Below, piece after piece: positions 21,671 to 34,960 of a stretch of 64,000 nucleotides of DNA. The translations under genes were made by a program, and so were the position numbers. The DNA comes from Squalus acanthias. Lineage: Eukaryota. The notes beneath the pieces are model-generated. The model did not search any database and had not been told where the DNA came from. It worked only from the letters and a program-made list of their open reading frames with translations. Numbering within the stretch: the first letter of the stretch is position 1; the number at the start of each line of letters is the position of its first letter. The DNA lies in assembly GCA_030390025.1 (NCBI GenBank), contig CM059438.1, positions 70,124,001-70,188,000 on the forward strand, read 5' to 3'.

Positions 21671-23245
21671 AATAAAAACAGAAAATGCTGGAAATACTCA
21701 GCAGGCCAGGCAGCATCTGTGGAGAGAGAAACAGAGTTAACGTTTCAGGTCGATGACCCTTCGTCAGAACTGGAAAAAGCTGGAGATGGAACAGGTTTTT
21801 AAGCAAGTGTAGGGGCAGGGAAAGGGGGGAGGGGAGAAAAGAACAAAAGGGAAGGTCTGTGATAGGATGGAAGGCAGGAGAAATTAAGAGACAAAAGGTA
21901 TGATGGTGGCAAGGCAAAAGGAGATGGTAATGGGACAAGTTAAGAAACAAAAGATGCCTCTAGATGAAGTGTAAATGGCAATGGCAGAATGATCGACAGC
22001 TGCCATGTGAGAGAGAGAGAAAAAAAAATGGGAAAAAAAGAATGGGGGCAGAGGTTATGGTCTGAAATTGTTGAACTCGATGTTGAGTCCAGCAAGCTGT
22101 AAAGTGCCTCATCGAAAGATGAGGTGCTGTTCCTCGAGCTTACGTTGAGTTTCATTGGAACAGTGTAAGAGGCCGAGGACGGAGAGGTCAGAGTGGGAGT
22201 GGAGTGGAGAAATAAAGTGACAGGCGACCGGAAGCTCGGGGTCACCCTTACGGACTTGAACGGAGGTGTTCCGCAAAGCGGTCACCCAATCTGCGTTTGG
22301 TCTCCCCAATGTAGAGGAGACCGCATCGTGAGCAGCGAAGACAGTATACTAAATTGCAAGAAGTACAAGTAAATCGCCGTTTCACCTGGAAGGAGTGTTT
22401 GGGGCCCTGGACAGTGGGAAGGGAGGAGGTAAAAGGGCAGGTGTTGCATCTTCTGCGCTTGCACGTGAATGTGCCGGGCGAAGGGGAAGGGGTGTTGGGG
22501 GTGGTAGAGGAGTGGACTAGGGTGTTGCGGAGGGAGCGGTCCCTTCGGAATGCTGAAAGGGGAAGTGAGGGGAAGATGTGTTTGGTGGTGGGATCACAAA
22601 GGAGGTGGCGGAAATCGCAGAGGATAATCTGTTGAATGTGGAAGCTGGTGGGGTGAAAGGTGAGGACAAGGGGAACCCTATCGTGGTTCCTGGAGGGAGG
22701 GGAAGGGGTGAGAGCAGAAGTGCGGGAAATAGAACGGACACGGTCAAGAGCCGTGTCAATCATAGTAGAGGGGAATCCTCGGTTGAGGAAAAAGGAAGAC
22801 ATGCCGGAAGCACGAGTATGGAAGGTGGCATCGTCAGAGCAGATGCGGCGTGGACGGAGAAACTGGGAGAATGGAATCGAGTCCTTACAGGAAGCAGGGT
22901 GGGAGGAAGTGTAGTCCAGGTAGCTGTGGTAGTCAGTGAGCTTATAGTGAATGTTTGTCAAGAGCCTGTCCCCAGAGATGGAGAGAGAGAAGTCGAGGAA
23001 GGGAAGGGAAGGGTCAGAGATGGACCATGTGAAGGTGAGGGAAGGGTGGAAATTGGAAGCAAAGTTAATGACATTTTCTAGTTCAGGGCGAGAGCAGGAA
23101 ATGGCACGGATACAGTCATCAATATACCGGAAAAAGAGGTGAGGGAGGGGACCTGAGTCGGACTGTAACAAAGAATGTTCCACATATCCCACGAAAAGGC
23201 AGGCATAGCTAGGACCCATGCGGGTTCCCATAGCAACAGGTATTC
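21671..23245 (-). mobile_element. 5'-truncated Penelope-like element (RT plus GIY-YIG, frameshift near 22255)
   Basis: AMGTRMGPSYACLF, FRYIDD, LYIGETKRRL; 12-bp TSD ATGATATTCAGG at 21659-21670 and 23246-23257. Confidence 0.93.
21735..21771 (-). ncRNA. Minimal hammerhead ribozyme motif
   Basis: AGTT-CTGACGA-A-GGGTC(ATC)GACCT-GAAA-CG-TT-AACT. Confidence 0.7.
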
Positions 23246-23369
23246 ATGATATTCAGGTCTTAGTTAAAGGGGAAGGAAGGTCCAGAGGGAAGTTTTATTG
23301 GTTTTAAGGTTATCACTCTGTATTTTGCTTCCTCTTTAACTGTATGCGTTACTGGGCTGTGATGGCAAA

Positions 23370-24060
23370 ATGCATAATAATGATAGATATTCAAAGCGAT
23401 CCGAAAAGGCTCAGCAGTGGGCTGATGGCTGGTAAATGGGCCTTAATGTGGACATTTACCAAGTAATAGCTGTGTGTTAAAGCTGTCATCCTGTATGAAC
23501 TTTTTAGTGTGTAACAGCAGGTCTAAGGGGAGAGTGGGTGGGGGAGAAGACTCTATCAGGATAATGGACCACTGAGACAAAAAATGCAAGCGTGACTCAT
23601 CAGATGAATGAGAGCTTGAAGGTCTGAGGTGGTAGTTCAGCTCAATTGCAAAGCAATTTGTAATACGTTGATGTAAGTGGAGCAGAACAGTGATTTTAAG
23701 AGTTGTTGCGCAAAAATCTTTGCAAAGACTTTGCAGGCTACGAATCCAATTAGTAAGGCAGAAAAAATATTAATGTTTATTCCCACAGGGTAGAAAACAG
23801 CAATATGGCATTGACTATGTAAGTGAGACTGGAGTCGGAATATTACGTTGAGATTTAATTATATATCCAGAAAGGGACAGATGCTTTAGAAGGTGCGTAA
23901 AGGAGAGCCACAAAGATTATTCACAGATTTGGCTGATTGTACCAAAAAGGCCAATAAAAGTAAGACTGTTTTTGGAACAGAAAGTGGAAGCTGGTAAATT
24001 AAATGGAATGTTTTGTTGGACAAAGGGTAACAAAATAATCAAAGCTTTAGAAGAAGCCTG
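23370..24060 (+). mobile_element. Highly decayed CR1-like fragment
   Basis: Remnants such as QWADGW*M, VRLESEYY and DALEGA*RRATKII. Confidence 0.45.
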
Positions 24061-24230
24061 ATGTTCAGACCAGTTAATTTGTGGCACAAGTTTTTGGCGC
24101 AGATGAGATACTGAGATTACAGATAATTTCTAACGGGAAACTGGATTTTGTTCTCTGTTGTTTTCTCCGACAAAAGGAGAAGCTGGGATAGAGAAGGTAG
24201 CAACATCTGCATGGACTCTGTATTTTCATT

Positions 24231-24996
24231 GGCCCAGAAATTGGACTTCGATGGTTGCCGCGGGGGTAAGGATCCCCCGCGATATCGCACTCTGCGCCTA
24301 CCTTTATGGTTTTGGCCCACACGAACTTCAGTTCCTGGGCCTCTCCCTGGTGCCGGCGCGCAGTGTGTGCGTGTCCCAGAGGCGCAGTTAGTTCGATGCT
24401 ACCTCTGGGATCACGTGGGCCAGTTAGAGCCAATGGCAGCACACCATCTTTCATTCATAGTTTTGACAGGAAGAGCTGTCAAAACTATGAATACAACAAG
24501 CCCCCAAAAGAACAGCTAAACCTCAATTAAATTTTTTAAAAAAGCCATCACATTAATAAAATAACTATAGTTAAATAAATTAACCACATTAAACAAAAAT
24601 TTAAATTTTTGAAAAAATTTAAATTCTTTTTAAAAGTTATAAAAATAAACTTACCTTTCTTTAAAGTTTCTAAAAAAGATAAACCTGTTGAAAATTTGTT
24701 TAAATAATATTTAATTAACTACTTACCTTGTTAAAAGGGGGTCTTACGCCTGCTTTCTTTATGTGTAAAATCTTCAACACTTACCTGCGCGTTCAAACCT
24801 GAAAAAACTACTAAGTGCGCTGCATGCGCACAACCTGTAGTGCGCACGCGGTTCACTTAGGAACCGCCCCCTTCGCAATACCCGAAGTGCCGGTTTCCCA
24901 CGCATGCGCAGTGCATGCAGGAAACCGGCACTTCGGGACCTAATACGCGAGAGTACACAGTGCGTAATCTCCCGTATTAGGTCTAATTTTCGGGCC
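24231..24996. mobile_element. Hairpin-array MITE, copy 2 (divergent subfamily)
   Basis: TIRs ggcccagaaattggac / gtctaattttcgggcc; TSD ATT. Confidence 0.85.
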
Positions 24997-25199
24997 ATTA
25001 TGTTTGAAGCATTAAGTGATACAAAAATATTCAGGTACAGGTCATTGAAGGAGTTGTCAGCAGGTTGTTCCGGGCATCCTTGTGCAGGAGGAAATAATAC
25101 TGAGCAAGGGAGGCAGGATCAAGTGCACAGTGGATCATCATGTTGACCCAAGGGAAGCTGGAAAGAAAGTGAAAGAATGCATGGATAGGGGGTAAGAGA

Positions 25200-25430
25200 T
25201 CATGTTGCTACCAGTTGGAGCAGAGCATTAACAGAAGTGATATTGCACCCATCTACCTTCCCCTCCAGGTGAGGTTGTTGAACCTTTTCTACACTGCATC
25301 CTGCCATGCTCATCGGCCCACACTTTTGAAGACCTTGTGGCCATGATGGGGGAATAAGATTTCCCCTCCTCCTCTCCACTTCCTGCAGCATGGTCTCAAC
25401 AACATTCTCCTCAAAGCAGGGGCTCTATGT
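25200..25430 (-). pseudogene. Second decayed Myb/SANT-like (Harbinger-type) remnant
   Basis: RAP....VETMLQEVERRRG resembles the N-terminus of the domain at 20.7 kb. Confidence 0.4.
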
Positions 25431-25544
25431 CTTTCACGAGTACAGTCCTCACCACTTACACCATCCATGCTTATCACAGACAGCCGCCTATATCGGGCAA
25501 ATGGTGCTAACCATTTGTTATCACCATAGGTGTCAATTACAAAG

Positions 25545-26208
25545 TTCCTGGTCGAGCACCAAGCTCATGGTCTACAGAGCATTGGTGATACCTGCCCTCC
25601 TGTATGCGTCAGAGACATGGACGATGTACAGCAGTGCTGGCACCTCAAAGCACTGGAGAGGTACCACCAACGCTGCCTCCGCAAGATCCTGCCAATCCAT
25701 TGGCAGGATAGGCGCACCAACATCAGTGTTCTCGCTCAGGCCAACATCCCCAGCATCGAAGATTTGACCATGCTCGATGGATGGGCCACATCGTCCGCAT
25801 GCCCGATACAAGACTCCCAAAACAAGCGCTCCACTCGGAGCTCCGACACGGCAAGAGAGCCCCAGGTGGACAGAGGAAATGCTTCAAGGACACCCTCAAA
25901 GCCTCCTTGAAAAAGTGCAACATCCCCACCAACACCTGGGAATCCCTGGCGCAAGACCGCACAAAGTGGAGGAGAAACATCCGGGAAGGCGCCAAACACC
26001 TCGAGTCTCTTCGCCGGGAGCAAGCGGAAACAAAGTGCAAGGAGCGCACGTCAACCCAAGCACCCCACCCACCCGCCCCTTCAACCACCGTCTGCCCCAC
26101 CTGTGACAGAGACTGTAGGTCCCGCATTGGACTCATCCGCCACCTGAGAACTCATTTTTAATGTGGAAGCAAGTCATCCTCGGTTCCGAGGGACTGCCTA
26201 AGAAGAAG
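25545..26208 (+). mobile_element. RTE-clade LINE, 5'-truncated
   Basis: LLYASETWT, GHIVRMPDTRLPKQ, CPTCDRDCRSRIGLIRHLRTH; (AGA)n tail; 10-bp TSD AATTACAAAG at 25535-25544 and 26209-26218. Confidence 0.92.
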
Positions 26209-26239
26209 AATTACAAAGGCACCGCTTAAAACGTATTAC

Positions 26240-26845
26240 GCATGCCGGCTATTCCGTGCAGTTCATGAGATGTGGTCAGAAGCTCCTTTCAGGGTCAAAT
26301 ATGACACCAAGGTTACGAGCAGTCTGGTTCAGCCTCAGATAGATGCTAGGGAGAGGGATGGAGTCGGTGTCTAGGGAATGGAGTTTGTGGAGGGACCGAA
26401 GACAATGGCTTTGGTCTTCCCAATATTTAGTTGGAGGAAATTTCTGCTCATCCAGTACTGGATGTCGAACAAGCAGTCTGACAATTTAGAGACCGCGGAG
26501 GGGTCGAGAGAAGTGGTGGTGAGGTAGAGCTGGGTGTCGTCAGCGTACATGTGGAAGCTGAAGCTGTGTTTTCAGATGATGTCGCTGAGGGGCAGCATGT
26601 TGATGAGAACTAGGAGGGGGCCAAGGATAGATCCTTGGGGGGACACCAGAGGTAACGATACGGGACCGGGAAGACAAGCCATTGCAGGTGATTCTCTGGC
26701 TACATTTAGATAGATAAGAATGGAACCAGGCGAATGTAGTTCCACCCAGCTGGACGACGGTGGAGAGGCATTGGAGGAGGATGGAGTGATCAATTGTGTC
26801 AGAGGCTGCAGACAGGTCGAGAAGGATGAAGCGCATTCAGACTCC
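26240..26845 (-). mobile_element. L2-clade LINE RT fragment
   Basis: ILLDLSAASDTIDH, PQGSILGPLL, HMYADDTQLY. Confidence 0.9.
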
Positions 26846-27439
26846 GTTAATAAATAATACAATAACATTGTTCATGTAAAGTTGTAAAGGAAGAAAGTTC
26901 AGAAGCTGATCGGTTGCAGTTATGTGTCAATTGACAGTGAAAATATACTTTGTGATAATAATAGTGCAATTGTTTGTTTACCATTATTTCCAAAAGAGAA
27001 TTGAATTGATGCTTTGAGAGGCCAGTCATTTTTATATAAAGCTACGGTTGAATGGACTGGAGTTGTTGAGGTTTTGAAGGAGGGAGCATATTGTATTTAT
27101 GATCAGAAATTCATGCCTTAGTGTTGCACTTCTGAAGAGGTTTTTTTTCCAGTCTGTTTCATTTCTTATTAGTTTTCCATGCACAGTCAACCATCACTGC
27201 AGGCAGCATCTCCCCAATTTGTAGGGGAAAGCAAAAATGGAATTTAAGAGTTTACAGTAAAATCAGTCAATTTGGTTTATCACAGCAATTTTTTGAAGGA
27301 CTATTTGAAATCAACAAGCACTATACTCAATCAGTCAACAGTCTGCCAATTGTAACAGTCCACCAATTGTAATGGTCAGAAATGGTGAGGTGCAGTTTGA
27401 ATCAGCCATGTCAAGTTGGCATGAGTCAGATACTGTTTT

Positions 27440-28100
27440 TCTCTAAATAATGGTTTAACAGAATTTATTTTACCTTGACATAAGTCTTTGCAAAGAACAG
27501 CATCAGGATACTAGGGATATCTATTTTTCTATGGGAGGCTGTTCTCCAGTCGTTGAACAGTCTACTTACTTATCAGTAGGTTGACATCCAATTTCAAAAT
27601 CTCCTAAAAGTGGGCCAGCACCTTTTTTGAATGCCACAGCAATGCTACGTTGTTTGCTTCAGAAGCCCATGAATCTAATTATTATTAATGAGCTGGTAAT
27701 GAGATTACTCACACAATACATTTGATATACCTTTTCTATTGGAGCGCGTGAGGCATAAGTCTGAAGTGGCCAAGTTTAATCATTTTGATGTACATGAGTC
27801 CAGTGGTAATGGATTATGTTGAACTGTATCAATTTAATCCGCTCCATGCTTAATACTTTGACATACCATGTCAATGCAGTGAGCCTTCCTCCATTGTAGC
27901 CTTTGTTGCTCCAGTGATATCTCAGCACCCTAGTTTCATTCCAGAAGGTTTTCAACCTTGTAATATAATCCTTTTCACAGCCATTTTCTTAATAGTTTCA
28001 CAGCAAGCAATCCCTATCCAGGTTTTCTTCTCTGAAGATCTCAAGCATACTGTGGTGCTTTGGTATCTTCCAAGACTTGGAAAAACTCCTGTATCAGCAA
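27440..28100 (-). mobile_element. Ancient L1/Tx1-like ORF2 C-terminal remnant
   Basis: Minus strand near 27835-27720 reads KLIQFNIIH-YHWT...SDLC...KG with frameshifts; boundaries uncertain. Confidence 0.45.
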
Positions 28101-29221
28101 GTGGTATTTGATCCTCTTCTGTTAATGTCACTGAGGTACCCGACTACCTAAACATTCTGTTCCAATATCATTCACACATCATAATCCTGCTGCAATTCTG
28201 GGCTAAAACACCAGTTCAGTGCTAATATATCCATTATAACTTTCTGATGATTCCCTACATAACTTCCATCTATTCTATGGGCGTTACCCTCCTTCTCCCC
28301 TTTTATCTAAACCTGTAATCAAGGCAAGGCAATGTTCATCAGTACAGCATCTCTCCTGAGCTATCATTTGGAGTTAGTTCAGACATGAGGAGAAACTGTA
28401 GTGATTCTTGGTGTAGGGATGAAGATAGGAGAAAAGAGCAGGTCATTTTCAAGTCCTGCCCCTTTACTTGTCATTTTGTGGTCTACAGTTTTTGACTAGA
28501 ATGTTCTGCAGGCCCTTTTTGCAAATATTTTGGTCTCCATTCATTGAAGAAAATGTGAATGACGTCCTGATAATGTGTCCCTCAGCCAGATCAGTTGAAG
28601 AGAGCAAAGAGCTCCACATTTCAGCAGAAATGTCTGATGAGCTCTGCAGACCCATTAGAGAAGATGGGGAGTAAAAGGCAACCATGTGATTCTGAATTAC
28701 GAAACCCAGTTCCAGAGCATGGAGAGAATAATGACGAAATAAAATCCAAACTTGCGCACTGTTTGACAATTCCAATTCCGAAGAACTAATGTACTGTAAC
28801 AAACATCTCAGTAGCTGCACTGTGTGTATGACTGCTTGGTGGGAAGATTTAAACAAACCCCGAAAGGGAAAGAAAGGCCAGGGAGAAACTGCTTTGCAAA
28901 AGAGTAACTTACCAAAATGCTTTTGCATCAAGATGACACATTGCAAAAAGCTGCACTTTACATGTGATCAATGATAGTCAGCAACTCTTGATGGAAGCTG
29001 TTAAAGAGAACATTTTTTTTCTCAGAAATCAAAGCGATGCCATTGCTTTTATTTGATTTTGTTTTAAGACCGAACCTGATATTTGGCCTCATTTTCAGTT
29101 GAGAGATCTGAAGCACAATCACTAAATGCAATGGTTGGGGCTACATCTTATGGATTTGGCCTTGTCTGACCAACTTGTCTTTGCTTCAAAAGCCTCCTTA
29201 AAAAACATATCCTTTCAACTG

Positions 29222-29590
29222 AAAGAAAGAACATGTATTTACTTAGCACCTTTCATGTCTTCAGGATGTCCCAAAGCGCTTCACACCCAATAAATTGCTG
29301 CTGAAATGTAGTCACTGTTACTACGTCGGCAATCACAGCAAAAAGCTCAGATTATCAGTTTTGGTGGTATTGACTGAGGGATAAATGTTGGCCAGCAAAC
29401 AAGGAAAGCTTTCCTGCTGCTCTTGGAATAGTACAATGGGATTTTTTACAGCCACCCGAGAAGGTAATGGTTTAATGTCTCATCCGGAAGATTGCTCCTC
29501 TGTCAATGCAGCATTCCTCAGTATTGCACTGCCATGTCAGCTTAAATAATGTGCTGAGGTGAGAGGTGAGAATGAAACCACTGAGTCAAG
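29222..29590 (-). mobile_element. Diverged DeuSINE-type SINE
   Basis: Colinear with the reverse complement of 11077-11500 with many substitutions. Confidence 0.7.
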
Positions 29591-29844
29591 ATAGTGCAGC
29601 TGCATATCTTTGGTTTACTGCCTCATGCATGGCATCCTTCTTTCCTTATTGCAGTGCATTTTTTGAGACGTTGTGTTGCATGAGGGTGGCTTTACAGATG
29701 CAAATTGCTGTGGTGTGCTTTCTGTCAGTGAACAATGTTTTTCTACAGAATCTTGAAGAATGAAATGTCAGGACTTAAGGGAGGAAATGGAAAGCTGAAC
29801 CTGTTCCAGTACATTAGCCACTGGACTCTGGTTGCAGTGTGTGA

Positions 29845-30012
29845 ATTGGAGGGGGAGGAATTGGATGACAGAGGGGGGAGAATGGATGATGAAGACAGGG
29901 GAAGATGGCGAAGATAAAGGGAAAAGGAAAGGGGAAATCGATGTCAGGAAAGGGGAGTGGAATGGATGGTAATAGAGGGATAGGGAAATGGATGATAAAG
30001 GGAAGTTGGTGG
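29845..30012. repeat. Purine-rich low-complexity tract
   Basis: Almost only G/A with scattered T. Confidence 0.7.
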
Positions 30013-30757
30013 GAATGTGCTAACATAAACCCTTGAGGGGGAGAGAATACAACTGATGGAACATTGAATATAACTGCAGCAATTTCCCACTGCACGATTG
30101 TAACTGTTATCCAGGAAGCCATTGGGTTGCAGTTTTCACAGAAAAACAATTTGAATTATAGAATGTGATCCGAGAACGCAAATAATAATCCTGAAATTCA
30201 GAGCAACAAAATAGAACTTATTAAATCACCTTGAAGTAGTGGCATTGTCCTTGGGTCTTTACTTAGGGCTGTTTTTCAGTCGTATTTTATTTTATGAGTT
30301 CTCAGCTTTTTGGAAGCTATTTGTCAGCCTTTCCGAGTTTTGTAAGTTGGTGTATATGCTGCAAGTCAAAGGTGCAAAGAGCTTAGCACTTGGCAGCATT
30401 ACAAAGTGACTCATTTAAATTTAAATCTTTTATACCAAGGACCACACATTAAATTCAATGAAACGTAGCACCCCCCAAGAGCCCAGTCATTAAAGGCATG
30501 GCTCAGTGTAGTACTGAGCAATAAAACCCCAAAGGTTTCAAGTTCTATTCTTGGTCAGTGTTGAGTTAGCTGACCTTAGCTGAGTCAGTGGTTGGGGTGT
30601 TAAAATTGACTTAAGTGCTCCTGGGAATAGTGGGAAGGATCAGTCAAGGTTCCCACAACTCATCACCATCCATTGACCCCTGGTGGAAAGTTTGTGTATG
30701 CGGATGTTGGATGAGGATGTGTTTGAGCTCAGCAGTGATGCCCTCCATGGCATAGGT

Positions 30758-31477
30758 GGGGCAGAAATTCCGTTCCCTATGGGTGTGTACGCGCTGTGTA
30801 CTCACCTGTAGGGCCAACGGAAATGCCGGTTTTAGGCATGCACTGCGCATGTGCTGGAAACCGGCATTTTCCGATCTGTCAAGAAAGCTCTTGACAGATC
30901 CTCCGCCTGCCCGGGAGCAGGGCCTCTTCGGGTGGAGAATTCCGTTCTTTGGAGACCCTCCGCCCGCAGAAAACACTTACAATTCTTGCGCCTGGTAAAA
31001 GCAGGCATAAGGCCTACTTTTACCAGGATAAGAGTTGACAAAAGTAAAAAAAAAATGTTTCCACTGATTTATCATTTAAAAATACTTTAAAGAAAGGAAA
31101 GTTTATTTTTAGCCCCGTTAAAAACTTTAATTATTTTTTTCAAAAAATAAAATTTAAAAAATGTGATTTAAAAAAAAAAAAATATTTAAATTTAACTATG
31201 TTTTGGGGGTGATCTCTATTCATATATTTGACAGGTCTTCCTGTCAGATGTATGAATGGAGATTCCCTTCTCTGATTGGCTCCCCATGGCCCACGTGATC
31301 CCAGGGACGCTGCGAACCGTCTGCGCCTCTGGGATACGTGAGCCCTGCGCACCGGCAGTTTGAAGAGGCCCAGCAATGGAACTGTGCGCCTCCCGGGAGC
31401 CCTCCGGTCCAGGCGCAGATTTTTTCCAGATCGCAGCCCTCCGCCCGCGGGAGGCCTGCGAACGGAATTTCTGGGCC
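30758..31477. mobile_element. Hairpin-array MITE, copy 3 (opposite orientation to copy 1)
   Basis: TIRs ggggcagaaattccgttc / gaacggaatttctgggcc; reverse complement highly similar to 13401-14096; no matching TSD seen. Confidence 0.85.
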
Positions 31478-32181
31478 TCCTCTGCTGATGCGCACAAGTC
31501 TTAGCTTACTTATGAAGAATAGACATTTTGGCAAGGTACTTGTTAATTGTGGAATTGTACCCAAGCAAGAAGTGACATCTCTGGGGGAGAAAATAACAAA
31601 ATCTCTTACTTGAAGTAGTGACTTAAATATTTGTGTGGAAAGCTGTCCAAATTGACTTCGCTGAGGTTGTATGGAAAGGAGCAGAAAATTCGGCCATATA
31701 ACTTTCCAAACACAAAAAAGAGAGCAATCTGATAAATTGAGAAAAAAAATAATTTCCTTAAGCCTTGTTCCTTTACAGATCGGCAATTCTATGGCACAGC
31801 TACAGTCATGCAAAAAAGAATCCAGTCACAGGATTAGGTTGGATATCAAAGTGACTAATTGCATCCGCAGTAACAGAGGAAAATGACCATTTCTCATTTG
31901 TGAAATAATGTACAATGACTTCAGTGGCACCAGAAAAGGTACCCAGTAAGTAATTATGCTTTGGTGTCATTCAGGATTTCAAGTAGTGGTATCCGAGATT
32001 GGTAATTACTTGCCATGTGGAAATTACGGCACAGGGGATTGGAATATAATCTCAGTTTATTAATGCACTGCCCTTCAATAACCTATATTTTAATCCCGAT
32101 ACAAACTACCAATATTTGAAAGCAAAGGATGCAGCTGATCAGCGAAAATATGATCTGCTATTAATAATGGAAACTTCCTTC

Positions 32182-32791
32182 TGTGAGATTTTGGATCACA
32201 GATCACACACAGATTAAACAAAGGGTCTTAGGAGTCATAGGTCACTTTATTAAGGATACAGATGAGAATGGTTTATGACCCCGGAACGGACGGACGAGTG
32301 GAGGGACGGAGGTTGAGTCAGAACGGTGATCTCTGCGGCAGCGGTCTCTTCCTATTTGGTCGTCTCCTGAGCTGGCGGAGGTGTTAAGCTGAAGCTAACA
32401 TGAATCCACCCCGGGGAAGCTATCCACCCCCCTTTCTGCCTGCCTTTCCCTCTCGGCTGCCCGTTTATACACCTTATTTTAGGGGCTGGTGGATACCTCA
32501 CGTCAATCACTTGCTTTAATCACTTTTATTCATTCAATTGTCCATTTACGGAGGAATATGTACCTGTAGCACACCCCTCCCAGTCTATCGAGACCATCCC
32601 TTTGCTTATCTCTTGTTTAGGCATTTCGCTACCTTCTCCTCCTAGACAGCTTGTCTCCATAAGGCTCCTTACTCAACTTCTTATCAGCCCTAGTTATGCC
32701 CACTCGAAGGTCTATTTTGTGTTATGACCTTGCAACGACCTCAGCTCTTTGTACAACTCCCTATCTGGAGCAATTGAATTTTTCTGTATCA
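32182..32791 (-). mobile_element. Possible solo LTR
   Basis: TG...CA ends; on the minus strand TATAAA (32464-32469) precedes AATAAA (32246-32251); more CpG-rich than flanks; no TSD found. Confidence 0.35.
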
Positions 32792-32796
32792 GCAGC

Positions 32797-33314
32797 TTAA
32801 GAACATAAGAAATAGGAGCAGGAGTAGGCCATTCGGCCCTTTGAGCCTGCTCCGCCATTCAATGAGATCATAGATGATCTTTTGCCTCAACTCCATTCAC
32901 CGGCCCTATCGCTATATCCCTTAATGCCCTTACTAGTCAGAAATCTATCTACTTCTGTTTTGAATATACCCAATGACTGAGCCTCCGCAGTCCTCTGGGG
33001 TAAAGAATTCCAAAGATTCACCACCCTCTGTGTGAAGAAATTTCTTCTCATCTCAGTCCTGAATGTCCTACCCTTTATCCTGAGGCTGTGCCCCCTGGTT
33101 CTAGACTCCCCAGTCAAGGGAAACATTCTCCCAGCATCCACCCTATCAAGCCCTGTAATAATTATGTATGCTTCAATGAGATCCCCTCTCATTCTTCTGA
33201 ATTCAAGAGAATACAGGCCTAGTTTACTCAATCTCTTCTCATACGACAGTCCCGCCATCCCAGGCATCAATCTCGTGAACCTTTGTTGCACTCCCTCTAT
33301 GGCAAGTATATCCT
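32797..33314 (-). mobile_element. CR1 LINE 3' fragment
   Basis: DILAIEGVQQRFTRL..LYSLEFRRMRGDLIE..WNSLPQ. Confidence 0.92.
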
Positions 33315-33667
33315 GGCTGCTCAGCTCAGATGAGCTGATTTGTTTCATAAAGCCATTATTTCTTATAATTCACAATTTCTTCCAATTTCTGATACTTTCT
33401 TACACTTCATTCAACATTTCCTGCTCTCCATTACCAATTAATTAACAAATGAATGACTCCCAACTGATCTCTATGATATAAGCACATCAAATGGGTGAAA
33501 TTTGCATTGATATGAAATTGAAACCTTGTATCAATATTGAATTCGAGGAAGGTCCCTAATCATACCCTGACTTGAAGTTGTTCATGATTGACAGCTGTAT
33601 ATTTAAACAGCTGTGAAGTCTGAATTTTATACTGAATGGAATGCAATAACATTGTTACAATGGTGTT

Positions 33668-34098
33668 AGCCTGTGGCTCAGTTGGTAGCACTCTCGCCAC
33701 AGAAGGTTGTCGGTTCAAGTCCCACTCCAGTGACTTAAGCACAAAATCCCAGCCGCTACTGCAATACTGAGGGAGTGCTGCACTGTCGGAGGTGCTGTCT
33801 TTCAAATGAGACATTTAAACTGATGCCCTTACTGCCCTCTTAGGTGGATGTAAAAGATCCCTTGCTACTATTCGAAGAAGAGCTGGGGAGTTCTCCCCGG
33901 TGTCCCGGCCAACATTTATCCCTCAACCGACATCACTAAAACAGATTATCTGGCCATTATCACATTGCTGTTTGTGACAGCTTTCTGTGCGCAAAATAGG
34001 CTGCCGCTACTGACTACAATCAAGTACTTTTGAATTGTAAAGCGTTTTGGGATGTCCTGAGGTCATGAAAGGCTATATAAATCCAAGTCTTTCTTTCT
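33668..34098 (+). mobile_element. Near full-length DeuSINE-type SINE
   Basis: A-box gtggctcagttgg and B-box ggttcaagtccc, Deu-like core, L2-like tail. Confidence 0.88.
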
Positions 34099-34829
34099 AT
34101 ATTTTGTAAAAGGGGACTTGCTAATTTTAGATAAAATCTGGATATCAGAGCATCTTTTCAAAGTCAAAACATTACATTTTTTCCTGTCGATTAATTCTTG
34201 TTTAAACTGAGAGTACTGCTGACATCCTCAGGGAAAATGTTTGGGAGAAGATTTTGAATCCAACTGTGGGAGAGAGCATAATTACCACACGGTGCGGAAA
34301 TGACAAGACGATTGAAACACCCACATGAGTTACTGCATCTGCAGAGGTTAATTCAACTCCCTCACAGTGTCAGGCTCACTAAAACCAATCTGGACGTTAA
34401 CCATTATCCTATGTAACTGTTGGATTTTTAAAGGGCAGACTAATGGTGAGACTCTTGAAATGATCTTCCTTGAAATATGTAGGGAGTCCATTTGTATGTC
34501 ACAGCCCCCCACAAGCGTTTCACTGTCAAGCTGACAGTTCCAAGCCAGCTGCGATGCATTTTTGAGATCTCACGCTTGGTGCATGGAGATCAGTAAAGAG
34601 CTTTCTTAGAGCTTTTTTCAATTAGAACGGGAATCTAGAAATGCCCTCCGTTCAGATTTGGATGGTGATCAGATATATTTTGCCCTGTGTGTAAAGTTAA
34701 AGAGGAATGCTAAGTTGCAATTGTAACCTTCCTTTGTTAATTAAAATAACTTTCCTTCCAAATTTACACATTGAGCAATGTATGTGAGTAAAATGTTATG
34801 ATTCAGTGCTTCCGCAATATTGGAAATTT

Positions 34830-34960
34830 AGGCATGGAAGTTAAGGTGCGCGATTCAGAGACTGCACAATTGGCCTACCTGTCAATTGAAATGAATGGAA
34901 GATTATTTGGATCATGAATCAATCACGCTGATTTCCACACCTTAACTTCCCATTTGTGCA
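34830..34960. repeat. Old palindromic MITE-like element
   Basis: Perfect 13-bp inverted repeat GGAAGTTAAGGTG (34836-34848) / CACCTTAACTTCC (34938-34950). Confidence 0.5.

Noticed and set aside
28464..28974. Cluster of short overlapping ORFs
   Set aside because: No recognisable motifs; not distinguishable from chance.
33668..33730. tRNA-like A and B boxes
   Set aside because: Head of a SINE; no complete cloverleaf, so not called as tRNA.
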